Positions 1-10,910 of a DNA stretch of 64,000 nt are shown here, piece by piece (within the stretch, counting starts at the first letter, position 1; every line of letters begins with the position of its first letter). This DNA comes from Corallochytrium limacisporum Hawaii. Lineage: Eukaryota; Protista; Pluriformea. The DNA lies in NCBI GenBank assembly GCA_002811645.1, contig PDIP01000023.1:23439-87438 (forward strand). The letters are read 5' to 3'. Both the position numbers and the translations under genes were made by a program. The notes below the pieces were generated by a model. The model was not told the DNA's origin. It ran no database searches and worked only from the letters and a program-made list of their open reading frames with translations.

Positions 1-32
1 TGGTTCAAGTCATGGTGGTAATAGATGCTCAT
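1..32 (-). CDS. Possible 5' end of a gene running off the left edge (MSIYYHHDLN...)
   Basis: ATG at 32-30 on the minus strand in an A-rich context (aaattaaatATG) like other starts in this window; frame is open to the edge; too short to identify. Confidence 0.2.
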   Translation of the reverse strand, partial: MSIYYHHDLN

Positions 33-817
33 ATTTAATTTTTTTGTACGACTACGATGTGTTCAATGTCAAGCCAAAGTCAAAATAGTCCATTTTTGAG
101 AGTAGCAGGGACTCTTCGTTTGAATCAGCTATTGAAATATTTGTGCATGATTGTTAAAAAGAGCAAAATATAATGAAATAGAATAGAATCAATATAAATT
201 ATTATACAATCAAGATTGAAAAAGATCCTCGGGAGTCAAGTTTTTCGGAGTTTTGACCCTGACATACCAGACAGAGGGTGGTAGATTAGCAGAGCAGGGC
301 GAATTCTGCCGAAAAAAGGAGGGGGGTTACCTAGAATAAAAAGCCATAAATCCGGTGGGAGGGCGGGCCGTGTTAAGCAAAAAGAAAACTACCGAGTTTG
401 GTACGCAAAGTACCACCCACTGCGAAAGGAAAAAAAAAAAGAAAACCGCCCCTTCCCTGCGGTCATTTTCACCCAATTTCATATCGCTTTCCGGAGACGT
501 AATACTGAATACCTGTACCAAAATAAAAAGAAAAATTCAAAAAACGCAGAAGGAGTGTCAGCAGATTGATCGGCCAGCACGGACAAAGAACGGCTGGGAG
601 GGGGTTGGTTTGTTATATATCCCCCTCCACCCCCGCAAAACAATGAAAAGAAGGAGAAAAAAATGAGAGAGACAAGAGGAAAAAAAAAAGGAGAAAAACT
701 AGGCAGCAACTCGGCGGGCAGAAGGTACGTGGTTTCAGTACTAAACTGGTCCCGCAAAAATGGAAACGAAACAAAACAAAAAAAAAGGAAAAGGGAAGGG
801 AAGAAGAACAAGGAAAA

Positions 818-908
818 ACCGCAGTAGAAATTGCGGTAAAGGAGGGGTGGGGGTGTGTGTACCCAGTCCCTCACCGTTTCAATTTTTTGGCTGCTGCCCA
901 GACTGGGC
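818..908 (+). ncRNA. Candidate Sm-class small RNA (spliced-leader-RNA-like architecture)
   Basis: Hairpin 818-837 carrying G|GTAAA, hairpin 842-872, Sm-like site AATTTTTTGG at 881-890, terminal hairpin GCCCA-GAC-TGGGC at 896-908. No sequence match to a known snRNA recognised. Confidence 0.2.
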
Positions 909-1376
909 CTATGCCCCGCGATGGGCGTCTACCGTCAGCAGTGAAAAAGAACCCAGCGCAGAAAACAGTTGGCACCGAAACCTCTGTCCATCTGGAGACG
1001 TCACTCCCTTTAAGAACTGTCACATGTTCCACTACATGTTCTCCTTAACGGGAATATAAAATATACTGAACAAGTCTTGAACTGTGCTGATGCCTTGCAC
1101 AGACGAGGTGTGTCTTCAAGCGTTGCCGGTGAAGCAAGAACCGACACCTTCCGTTCTTAGCCCATTTGTCCTAGACCTGCGATCGGGGCATGTGCGCTCC
1201 TCCTCCTCTTCCGAATCTTCCATACCTCTCTCCCTGTGCTAAAGTCGGTTTTTCATATTGAATAGGTGAATGATCTTACCCTCTTAGGTACACATATACC
1301 AATGTACGGATAGGAAAGTAGCAAAGGACGGGAGCCAGGGAAGAGGCGGGGCCCTCCCCCCCGGGGGGGGGGGGGG

Positions 1377-1430
1377 NNNNNNNNNNNNNNNNNNNNNNNN
1401 NNNNNNNNNNNNNNNNNNNNNNNNNNNNNN
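1377..1430. other. Assembly gap (54 N) flanked by C-run/G-run sequences
   Basis: Run of N between poly-C/poly-G tracts at about 1349-1376 and 1431-1459. Confidence 0.98.
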
Positions 1431-2196
1431 GGGGGCCCCCCCCCCCGGGGGGGGGGGGGTTGCCAGTCTTTGCCGCGGCAGGGGGCCTCCCCGCAGGAGA
1501 GAGACGGTGGAAGGAAGCCATTTTTCCCCTGAGCCACCCCGGAAGCTTTGGCGGTGGAGGGGAAAAAAAAAGGGAAGGGGGGAGGGGAGGGGAGGCCCCC
1601 CACCACCAAAAAGCAGTGAAAAGATCTCTCTCCCGCTGTTTTCCACTGCACCTCTCGCCCCGACAAAAAAGGGAGAAGAGAGGCCCCCCGGGGGGGGGGG
1701 GCAGAGCAGGGAAGAGGGCTGTGCGGTCCAAAAATAGAAGAAGGCAAAGTGGACCATCGCCCGGCGAAGCCGCGAAGTGGTGCACGGGCCTCGCCATTTT
1801 AATAAGGCTGTAGTGACGCTTCGTCCGCCCAAGGCTTCTGTGGCGCACCCTTTGGTGTCGATTCTTAGTGGAACCATTGCTCTTCCGTCAAACTGCGGTG
1901 TTGAGTTAATGTCTACAATGACCGGCGTCACAAGCATGTAGGAGCACAAGGTGGACAGGGGCCAGTTCGAGGATTCTGGACCAGCCACATCATTTTGCTC
2001 TTTGCTAGCCGATGGTCTGGTCAGCAGGTCGGCCCACCGTTACGTCTGAGCCACTTTCTTTTGTGAGCAGCGAACAACACGCGCTGGTATTGGAACAAAA
2101 GGTGCTTGAAGGACGACTAATCTAAGCCTGACCCGATTACCTTAGACTTCTGTGAATAGATCAGAGGATCAGACGACTTTGGGTAAAGATCATCTG

Positions 2197-4104
2197 ATGG
2201 AAAAAAGCATGCCGGCTGAAAACGTGCCGAACTACCTGAAGCCTCCGCGCTTCGCTCGCAAGAAGGAGGGCCAGACCGGTACCTACTCCTACCAGGAGAG
2301 CCTCCCTTCTCTGCCTGTTCCACCGCTGCAACAGACCATTGACCTGTACTTGAATACCGTCCATGCAGTGTGCACCACCGAAGAGTACGAAAACACCAAG
2401 CGGATCGCCGAGGCTTTTGTGGTGAAGGAAGGTCCCAAGCTTCAGGAGATGCTCGAGGAGCGTGGCCGCAAAGAGCGCAACTGGCTGGCCACCTGGTGGG
2501 ACAAGTATGCCTACATGACCGATCCCGAACCCACACCCATCCGCATCAACTTCACCGGACCCGCAGAGTACCCGTTCTGGCAGCCCTTGAAGAACGGCCA
2601 GATCCTGCGTGCTGGCGCTTGGGTTTACGAAATTGGTCAGCTGAACAACAAGCTGCGAACGGAGGTATTCCCTCCGGACGAGTCTTTCGGTAACGTCATG
2701 TGCATGAATCAATACCGCAACTTCTACGGATGTGCCCGTGTGCCCGGCGAGAAGGAGGATGAGATTGTGCGCAACCGGGAATCCAGCCACTTTGCTGTCT
2801 TCTGCCGCGGCCATGCCTACAAGTTGGAGGCCTACGAGCCCAACTCCTGGGAGCCCCGCACGGCACACGAGCTCGGTGAGTCTCTTGCAGCTATCCGTCG
2901 GGATGCTTTGTCACGGGGCAACAGCGATTGTGTCGGTGCTCTGACAACAGACAAGCGACCCAACTGGGCCCGCAATCGCAAGTACCTGGCCGCGCTGAGC
3001 GAGAAGAACGCGTACAGCCTGAAGACCATTGAGGGTTCCATCATCCAGATCAACCTCGACCTGGGATCAAGCCCCGCTCTAAAGGAGCGCGCTGAATTGA
3101 CTCTGGCTGGCGATCCCAGTAATCGCTGGTTCGACAAGGCTCAACAGCTTTGCGTCTACGAGGACGGAATGGGTGGATCCAACGGTGAACACGGCGTAGC
3201 TGATGCCATGGTTATGGTGTACACCATGCAGACTGTCACCGACCGTCTGTCAACTGGCGAGGCGGAAGTCAGCATGAAGAATGCTGACTATTACTGTAAC
3301 TTCACCGGACTGGCTGATGAGGCCAAGGCCAACCGTCTGGACTTCGACGTGGATGAGAAGCTGTCTGCGTGCATCCTGGAGCTCCGCCAGGACTTCGCCG
3401 CCCAAGCCGCCAGGGTGGACTTGGAGCCGATCCTTTTCGACGACTTTGGCAAGAGCACTCTTCGTCAATTCAAGGTGAACCCGGACTTTTTCTGCCAACA
3501 GGCCATCCAGCTGGCTTACCACCGTCTCCACGGTAAGTTTGTGGCCACTTATGAGACTGCACATCTGCGTTTCTTCTACCACGGTCGCACTGAGACAGTC
3601 CGCAGCTGTACCTATGAGTCTCGCAAGTTTGTGGAGACCTTTGAAGCATTCGAGAAGGGCGAGACCACCGCGGAGGAGGCCTACAAGGCTTTCATGGTTG
3701 CCATTAAGGCCCATCAGACGTACATGCAGCGGGCTACCTTCGGACAGGCATGCGATCGTCATTTGTTCGGCCTCAGTCTCCTTGCTGCCGAGAATGGCAT
3801 GCCAACCCCCGAACTGTTCACTGACCCAGCCTACACCAAGACCGGCGGCGGTGGCAATTTTGTGCTGTCCACGTCTACCACGGGATACACTCAGCAGTGG
3901 GGCGGGTTCACCCCAATGGTCAATGACGGCTACGGTGTGTGCTACTCCATCCAACCGAATTCCATCCGCGGCCTGACCACAGCCTGGAAGGACGGCAAGG
4001 ACACCAATGCGGAGAAAATGACCGAGGCGTATATGCAGGCTCTGCGTGACATTGCCAAGATGGTCCAGGACACCATGCCCCCAGCCGAGCCCAAGCAGGC
4101 CTAA
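2197..4104 (+). CDS. CROT: Carnitine O-octanoyltransferase-like (choline/carnitine acyltransferase family)
   Basis: YQESLPSLPVPPL, RNWLATWW, NRWFDK, catalytic EHGVADA, YETA..R.FYHGRTET, and the CROT-typical GGGGNFVLSTS..GY; first ATG at 2197. Confidence 0.88.
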   Translation: MEKSMPAENVPNYLKPPRFARKKEGQTGTYSYQESLPSLPVPPLQQTIDLYLNTVHAVCTTEEYENTKRIAEAFVVKEGPKLQEMLEERGRKERNWLATWWDKYAYMTDPEPTPIRINFTGPAEYPFWQPLKNGQILRAGAWVYEIGQLNNKLRTEVFPPDESFGNVMCMNQYRNFYGCARVPGEKEDEIVRNRESSHFAVFCRGHAYKLEAYEPNSWEPRTAHELGESLAAIRRDALSRGNSDCVGALTTDKRPNWARNRKYLAALSEKNAYSLKTIEGSIIQINLDLGSSPALKERAELTLAGDPSNRWFDKAQQLCVYEDGMGGSNGEHGVADAMVMVYTMQTVTDRLSTGEAEVSMKNADYYCNFTGLADEAKANRLDFDVDEKLSACILELRQDFAAQAARVDLEPILFDDFGKSTLRQFKVNPDFFCQQAIQLAYHRLHGKFVATYETAHLRFFYHGRTETVRSCTYESRKFVETFEAFEKGETTAEEAYKAFMVAIKAHQTYMQRATFGQACDRHLFGLSLLAAENGMPTPELFTDPAYTKTGGGGNFVLSTSTTGYTQQWGGFTPMVNDGYGVCYSIQPNSIRGLTTAWKDGKDTNAEKMTEAYMQALRDIAKMVQDTMPPAEPKQA

Positions 4105-4296
4105 TCAGAAAACGACGGTCATCTATTCCCAGGAGACTCAACATAGTAGGTCATCTCACTGTAATATGTACATGACTCAACCACACCAATAAAATGCGCA
4201 TTCACTTCTACAAGATTGTCAATAACTAGTCATATATTGTTCACCATTTTCTTGATATGGCATATTTTACATGCTGCCGATGGAGCCTGTTGGCGG

Positions 4297-5004
4297 TCAT
4301 TCCCGGCGGAAGCGGGCGACCCACTCCCTGCCACCGCGACCCGGGTGGCTCAGCTCTTCGGGTAGGCGGTACGCTTCGTAGAGTTTGAATCCGTACGGGT
4401 TCAGATACTCAAGTGCAAGCTCCTTGCTGATCACGAAAGGAGGTCCTTCGCCGCGACCTGAAAGGGGAACCTCTCCCGACTGATTCGACTCTGCTTCCTG
4501 CCTTGCTTCCCGCCTTGCTTCCGGATTGTCGCCGCATGGGAACACCAGCAGGAAGATCTCGCCATCTTGCTTCAGGTTATCTGCATGTGCCTTTGCCCAG
4601 TCCTTCCGCTGCTCAGGATACATGGCACAGAAGAAGGTGTAGTCATAGATGAAATCAAACTTGTCAATTTCTTTCAGGTTCATCTCGAACCAGTTGGTGT
4701 TCTTAACACACCAGCGATTTGGGTCGAGATCTTCCTGTGTCTTCAGCCACTTCTGGGCCTCAGCCTTGGCAGTCTTCGAAATTTCAATGCCCGTGGCCGA
4801 TTCATATCCGTAGCGCAACAGGACGGCCAAGTCATATCCCCGACCACATCCGGGCACTGCAGCACGACCTCGCTTCAAAGGCTTGTCCTCCCGCTTCAAC
4901 TCGGCCGCGAGCGCCGGTGAAGATCCGGAAGCATCAAACTTGGTACCCTGCTTGAGGATTCCATCAGGAGTGTTCCATATGTCTTCCCAGTCTTTGCCTG
5001 GCAT
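4297..5004 (-). CDS. SAM-dependent thiol/halide methyltransferase (TPMT/HOL-like)
   Basis: VPGCGRGYD SAM-binding motif I, FDFIYDYTFFCA and EGPPF motifs typical of thiocyanate/halide methyltransferases. Confidence 0.85.
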   Translation of the reverse strand: MPGKDWEDIWNTPDGILKQGTKFDASGSSPALAAELKREDKPLKRGRAAVPGCGRGYDLAVLLRYGYESATGIEISKTAKAEAQKWLKTQEDLDPNRWCVKNTNWFEMNLKEIDKFDFIYDYTFFCAMYPEQRKDWAKAHADNLKQDGEIFLLVFPCGDNPEARREARQEAESNQSGEVPLSGRGEGPPFVISKELALEYLNPYGFKLYEAYRLPEELSHPGRGGREWVARFRRE

Positions 5005-7024
5005 GTTTTTTTGGTATATACGTCAGAAAATGTTGTGTAGATGTGTGTAGTGCGGGACTATTTCCGAGTTGCCAGCCGAATCATGATTGCATCCCAAGAA
5101 GGGTTCCCACCATAATTTGTACGCGCGCTCTTTAAGTACCCAGAAAACAATCAGCTGTCATACCACCAATGCCCAGTATTATGACCGGCAACCACTTCGG
5201 GAATTTGCTTTCGATGCCGCGAAGAACAGAAACGTGGTCCTCGTATCTGAACCCTGAGGTTCCACAACACTCCCCTCTGCATTTTGAGCGCTCTCCCCCG
5301 GGCAAAGGGGACCCGGACGATTAAGGCTGCGCACATTCTCCTTCTCACCTGACGTTTCGGACAAAATAGGGAGCGAGCGGGGTGACGTAGAATTTGCTTT
5401 TGGCTATTTTGCTTGTGAGGCAAAAGGACACAACACCTTTTGTCGTTTGCGGCTGAGCACAGATTTGTCTCCCGTTTGTGTTGGTGAAGGGTGTGTTTGG
5501 TCCCCCGCCTCCTGTTGTGCAGGGCACAAGCTGTGGCCAAAACCCGACTCGTGTGTGGTCGTCTCGTAGGGGTGCGCGCCTCCCCGGTACAACTTCCCCA
5601 TGGTATCTGTTGTTCTGCAGGGCCTTTGCCTTCCCTCTCTTGGCTCGCCCTTCCCTGGGCCCCTCTGAGGAAGGGGAGAGCAGGACGATGGTTGGTATTG
5701 ATTCGGTGATCTTACACGAATCAATTTTGGACGGCTGGGCTGCAGGTGACAAGGAGGGTCACCCCCGTCCCCAAATGTTCCGACGTCCCAGGAAAAATCT
5801 GCGCCGTTTTCTTGCACTGCCGGGCAGTGAAGGGGAGGGGGGCTATAGTGACTGTTCGGATAAAACTCTGACCCCGGTTTTTTTTTAATTGCGGGGTTCA
5901 TACTCCTAGGAACCTCCTAATCGGCACCGTCTACCAGAAAACATTAACACAGAGAATCAACCATATGAATTCCCTTTGCCATCCCGTACTAAACACCTGC
6001 GAGACCTGGTCGATTGAAATCAATTACGACGCTCGCGGGGAATGCCGGAACTGTGAAAGACTTGGAGCGACGGAGAGAGAGAGAAAGTGAAGCGAGAGCT
6101 TTTGTGGTGAAATCAAAGGACGAAATGTATGGCAGCAGTATGGAGTCCGCCCCCGTTACAGTCGCAATCGCAGAGCAGGTGAGGAGCTTTGGAGAGCAAG
6201 GATACGAGCAAGGATTTTTGTCTTTTCCATACCGGAGCTATGACTTTTTGCGATGGCCTTAGGTGTCACAAGAATACCCCTAACCCTAAATTATTAGAAG
6301 TTTTTCAGACGGGAGATGAGTATAAAATCCTCAGTACGAGGAGGTTGTTGAAGCCTATGGTTAATGTACTGAGCGCTGGTTCTGGATTTGAATCCAGGAA
6401 AAGCCCGTCATACGGCTCGGGACGAGAGACAACTGAAGACGGGACCCCAGGTACAGAAATCCCGTGAATCAACTATCATTTCTCCAAGAATTTATTTCCA
6501 CACAAACTATACCAGAACCCCCGAAAGATTAGCTTGATTGGGTTTTCCACAGTTTTGCCGCTGTTGGATTTTTCGGCTGCTGTCAATCCTACAAATCGAA
6601 GGCACTTGTCGGTCCTCATACACTGAGACCTGGGGCAGACAGAGAGTGTGGGCCCCCTTTGTCCAGGTCCCCGCTCCTGATATGATACTTTCCCATTTCC
6701 CGGTCTTTTTCGATAATAATCAGACCTATACCATGGGGCAGCACGGTTAATACTGAAATAACCACTTCTTGGCAGTGAAGCAAAATCAAAAGCTTCCAGT
6801 AGTGTTAACCTATACATGCGAGAACGGTTCTGATTCTTTCTGATTAGTTTATGAACCAGCAGGGTGAGGCGGGAAAGACTTGAAGTTGACGTGGCCGCGC
6901 GGGTAGAGCAGAGCTACTTTTATGGCTCAACTAGCGTTAGCTCAGGCTTCCAAAGCAGTGACATCCTGATGACTTAGACAAATACTGGACTTGTACGTGA
7001 GTACAAGCCTGGATTTCATACAAG

Positions 7025-7693
7025 ATGGTTTTGGATGAAGCCGTGATCAACACCTCGACATGGATCTCACTGGCGATTACGGTGCTGTCAGTGATGACAG
7101 TGTCTAAGTTAGCCAGAGCAGTTTTGGAACCCCTCGAAAAAGAAGCGGAAGATGAGGATGATCTGGGTCCAGGTAAGAAAGGAATTTTGGCGGTGACATT
7201 TATCTCCCTGCTCTGCACTGCGAGTTCTGTTTATATGAGCCTCGATAGCTACGCATGCCGCGATGAGTCGGAACTCACTGCAATAATCGCATTTGATATA
7301 GTGCTGCTGGTCACCACTAGTTGTATGGTTCTGATGAACAGCAGAGGTGGTAACATCGGAGATGTTGCAGTTCTCATCCTCTTTTTTGCAATGGAGACCA
7401 AATGTGGGCACGGATGTGCAATCACTAGCGAAGGTCTTTCGTGTGTGGCGCTTCGGTTCTTGGGTATCTTTGCCTTTTATACACAACTCGTGGAGTGGAA
7501 AATTCCTTTGGCCATGTACATTACTGCCATTGGAGCCTTCCTCCTTGTGATCATGCCGCGGGATAAGCTCTACGCTGTCGACATGTCTTTTGCACTCCAG
7601 CTGGTTGCTGATGCGACGGTCAGGATTCTGGCCCTTAACGTCACGTATCCGATGCTCACAGATATTGTGAACAAGATTCGAGACGATGACTGA
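7025..7693 (+). CDS. Multi-pass membrane protein of unknown function (weak ICE2/SERINC-like resemblance)
   Basis: 222-aa ORF with several hydrophobic segments and an acidic loop; family resemblance judged by eye only. Confidence 0.6.
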   Translation: MVLDEAVINTSTWISLAITVLSVMTVSKLARAVLEPLEKEAEDEDDLGPGKKGILAVTFISLLCTASSVYMSLDSYACRDESELTAIIAFDIVLLVTTSCMVLMNSRGGNIGDVAVLILFFAMETKCGHGCAITSEGLSCVALRFLGIFAFYTQLVEWKIPLAMYITAIGAFLLVIMPRDKLYAVDMSFALQLVADATVRILALNVTYPMLTDIVNKIRDDD

Positions 7694-8404
7694 AAGCAAA
7701 ATGAGCATAATCAATACAAGTGTGTACCAAGAACTAGTTGAAATGTATCAAGGAATTCTTCTGACACGCGACTTCACCAGATGTCTTCTCAACCCGCAAC
7801 TGTTCTTGTTCTCCTTTCTTAACTGGCATTTCATGCACACGAACACCAAACGATTTGCGCTGCCAAAGCAAATAGTCTCCCCAGTAGTCGAAACCTCGAT
7901 TCCTCTCACCAAGGGAAAGGGCACTGAGGCCTTGATGCCGCAAGTTCTGAATCTGTTCAATGAGACGATTGGTCAATGCCAGTAAGTGCACATCGTAATA
8001 CGGATCAAGAGTTTCCTCCACGCTGTTCAGGAAGCAGCGGACTAGGTGGTAAACATCCGAGACGGGGGTCAATGATATCGCGGTCGATAAGACGTCCGAG
8101 GACAGTGGCAATGCGAAAATGTGTGCTCTCCGAGGACGTGGATGCCCACATTTCTTGGGTGATGGCACAGAGCTCGGTCTCGTAGATTGATGGCCCTCTC
8201 TTGCGAATACTAGCCGGGGGGGGGTTCAAAACTGTGAAGATGCGCAGCCTGGAACATTTGTGGACATGATCATAGGGTCTCGAAGCTTTCGCTGGTTTAA
8301 ATCTAGGAAATGGTGAAATGCGAGTTTAATATTCTAGGTTTAGTGACACAAAAAGATGCTTCTTAATATGATGGGAGGAACATGAAGTGGACGTGTGATC
8401 CAGC

Positions 8405-9784
8405 TTACGAGCTGAGGGTCACACCTTTCTGGATCTGGCCCCAGCCGATGAGGCGCCAGTGCTTCTCGATACGCCGAGACAAGGCAATCTTCTCACCCAC
8501 ATCAGTGCAAACAGGCTGAGTGAGGGCAATCTTGGCCAAATCGGCCTTGACAGCCAGGACACGACCACCAGTGCTAAGAGAACCAATGTTCACCATGAGG
8601 ACCTCACCCTTGCTAAGCTTCTGGACCTTGGCACCCTTCTTATCTCCCTCAGTACGAACACCCAATAGACGGCGAAGCAAGAAGTAGGAAATTTCAAGCT
8701 CGGTGAAGATGTCAGGCAGAGCTCCAGGAGCACCCAGAACTTGACCTACCAGACGATCGGAACGACACAGGTTGGGGTCGATCTTGGTACCCACGCCAAT
8801 CAAACCACCTGGGACTGCGTACTCAAGCAGGTTTGTCTCAGTCTGAAGGCTAACAATACGGCTCTTGATGGGAGTACACTTCAGCCGTCCCTCGGCATCC
8901 TTGGCGACAATGCCAGGACGAACCTCAATCTGCTGACCCTTCTTCAGCACACCGCGCAGAATGGAACCACCAGCAACACCGCCCTTGAGGTCGTCAACTT
9001 CGCAACCGGGCTTGTTGACGTCAAACGAACGGATAACGATCAAGCGAGGCTCAGAGATGAAGTCACGCACAGGCACAGGGATCTTCTTCGTAATGTACTC
9101 GCACACACAGTCAATGTTGTACTTCAGCTGAGCAGAGATCGGAATGATGGGGGCACCATCGGCGACAGTTCCTTGCACAAACTTGGCGATTTGTTCATGC
9201 TGTTCACGTGCCTGCTGCTCCTTGACTAGATCGATCTTGTTCTGGAGAATCAGGATGTGCTGCAGGCGCATAATTTCAACAGCAGCCAAGTGTTCGGAAG
9301 TCTGAGGCTGGGGGCAGGACTCATTTCCGGCGATAAGAAGCAGAGCAGCATCCATGACGGCAGCACCGTTTAACATGGTAGCCATCAGAATATCGTGACC
9401 GGGGCAATCGACGAAGGAAACATGGCGTTGCAGACGCATGCGTCCTTTGCATCCGGTGCGCTCACAAGGCCATCCATCTTCTTTGGAGCTGCCCCGACTC
9501 TGGTAGCAGCCCGGACGAGGGCATTCCTCATTATCGCACTTAAAAATCTTCGCGTTTGCATAACCGAGCTTAATGGTAATGTTACGTTCCAATTCGTTCT
9601 TGAAACGGACAGTCTGTACTCCAGATATCGACTTCACAACCGTGGACTTACCGTGAGCTACGTGACCAATGGTACCAATGTTAATTGTGGCCTGACGGTC
9701 AATTACCTCCGGTGTCAGTGGGGTCAACTCGGCCACATTGAGGGTTGCCAGGTTCTGGGGCCTTAGATTGTCTTCGCTTGTCAT
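8405..9784 (-). CDS. EIF2S3: Translation initiation factor eIF2 gamma subunit
   Basis: [35 protein letters not shown]-terminal HWRLIGWG. Confidence 0.98.
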   Translation of the reverse strand: MTSEDNLRPQNLATLNVAELTPLTPEVIDRQATINIGTIGHVAHGKSTVVKSISGVQTVRFKNELERNITIKLGYANAKIFKCDNEECPRPGCYQSRGSSKEDGWPCERTGCKGRMRLQRHVSFVDCPGHDILMATMLNGAAVMDAALLLIAGNESCPQPQTSEHLAAVEIMRLQHILILQNKIDLVKEQQAREQHEQIAKFVQGTVADGAPIIPISAQLKYNIDCVCEYITKKIPVPVRDFISEPRLIVIRSFDVNKPGCEVDDLKGGVAGGSILRGVLKKGQQIEVRPGIVAKDAEGRLKCTPIKSRIVSLQTETNLLEYAVPGGLIGVGTKIDPNLCRSDRLVGQVLGAPGALPDIFTELEISYFLLRRLLGVRTEGDKKGAKVQKLSKGEVLMVNIGSLSTGGRVLAVKADLAKIALTQPVCTDVGEKIALSRRIEKHWRLIGWGQIQKGVTLSS

Positions 9785-10910
9785 ATTGTCTGTGATAAGA
9801 ATTATAAGTTCCCGACCAATTAATGACCACTTTCAGACGTTGTATTTATCTGTCGTAAAAACAATACAAATTCCCGATCCGTGAACAAATTCGTTATGTA
9901 TGATTTCTAGAACTTCGCCTTAGAATCTCTTTGTGACAATACGGAACACTTAAATAACTAGGAAGGTTCCTTTAAAGGTTTCTGAAACCACACAGAGAAG
10001 CAGTATACACAATCCACAAGCATATCATCTTAGGACCCGAGTTCTAGTGTCGTTGAAACGAGCCTATTGCTTTGCCGTCTACGTGCTCTTCGCACATTCC
10101 CCAGTGAGGTCCCCGCATTCAGTGCACATACACACACCAAACGTCCATAGCTTCCCTGCGCGGCGGCCCTCTCCACGGCCAAGGCCCCTTCTCAGACACG
10201 TGGATGGGAGAGAGGCTCTCTCCTCCCCTCTCCTTCGCTTGGCCAGGAAGATTCCAGGTACAACACACACCCTGCAAAGGGCGAAAAGCAGGGACACCCT
10301 TTCCTTTCTTTCGCAATCAATCTGAAAGAGCCAGCACGGAAAGCAGGGGAAGGGGTAAGGGCCTGCAGCAGATGCAAATGAACTAAAACCAAACACGGCG
10401 GCCACTCGGTCCTGAGCGTCTGGTGCTTGGTGCATGACTTGTCCCTGTTACCGGACTCCCACACACGCAGTACTCTTTCCCCGTGTGTGCGTATGTGTGT
10501 TGATGGTCTTAGCCGAAGACATGAACATTGAAGGGGCTCCTTCACATCGCTGTTTGGCCATTGCGAATGTATTGGTGGCTTGTTAAACATTCCAGTGACA
10601 ATGTATATACCGACCTCTGTGTAAATTTACTATTGATTAATTTTCTGGGCGGTCCTTTGACAATCGGAAAAACCCTCACCCCCAGGCGCGAAAACCGCGG
10701 ATGGAATCGGGACGAGGTGCGGACTGTTTGTGATGTAGGGCCTTCATCCGATCTGTGTACGTGTTCGTAGAAGCCGTGCCCTTGTAAAGCGTAATGCTTT
10801 TCATTTTCAGGTATTTAGAGTTCATGGATGTTTAATCGTGCCGGTACTGCACAGGTGACCAGCAAGCACAGCAACCGCTGTACGTCCAAGAACACAATAC
10901 AACCGAATCT

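Noticed and set aside
6278-6290. CCCTAACCCTAAA telomere-like sequence
   Set aside because: Only two units; expected by chance.
7734-8168. 144-aa minus-strand ORF between the membrane protein and EIF2S3
   Set aside because: GTG start, no family motif; cannot be supported without a homology search.
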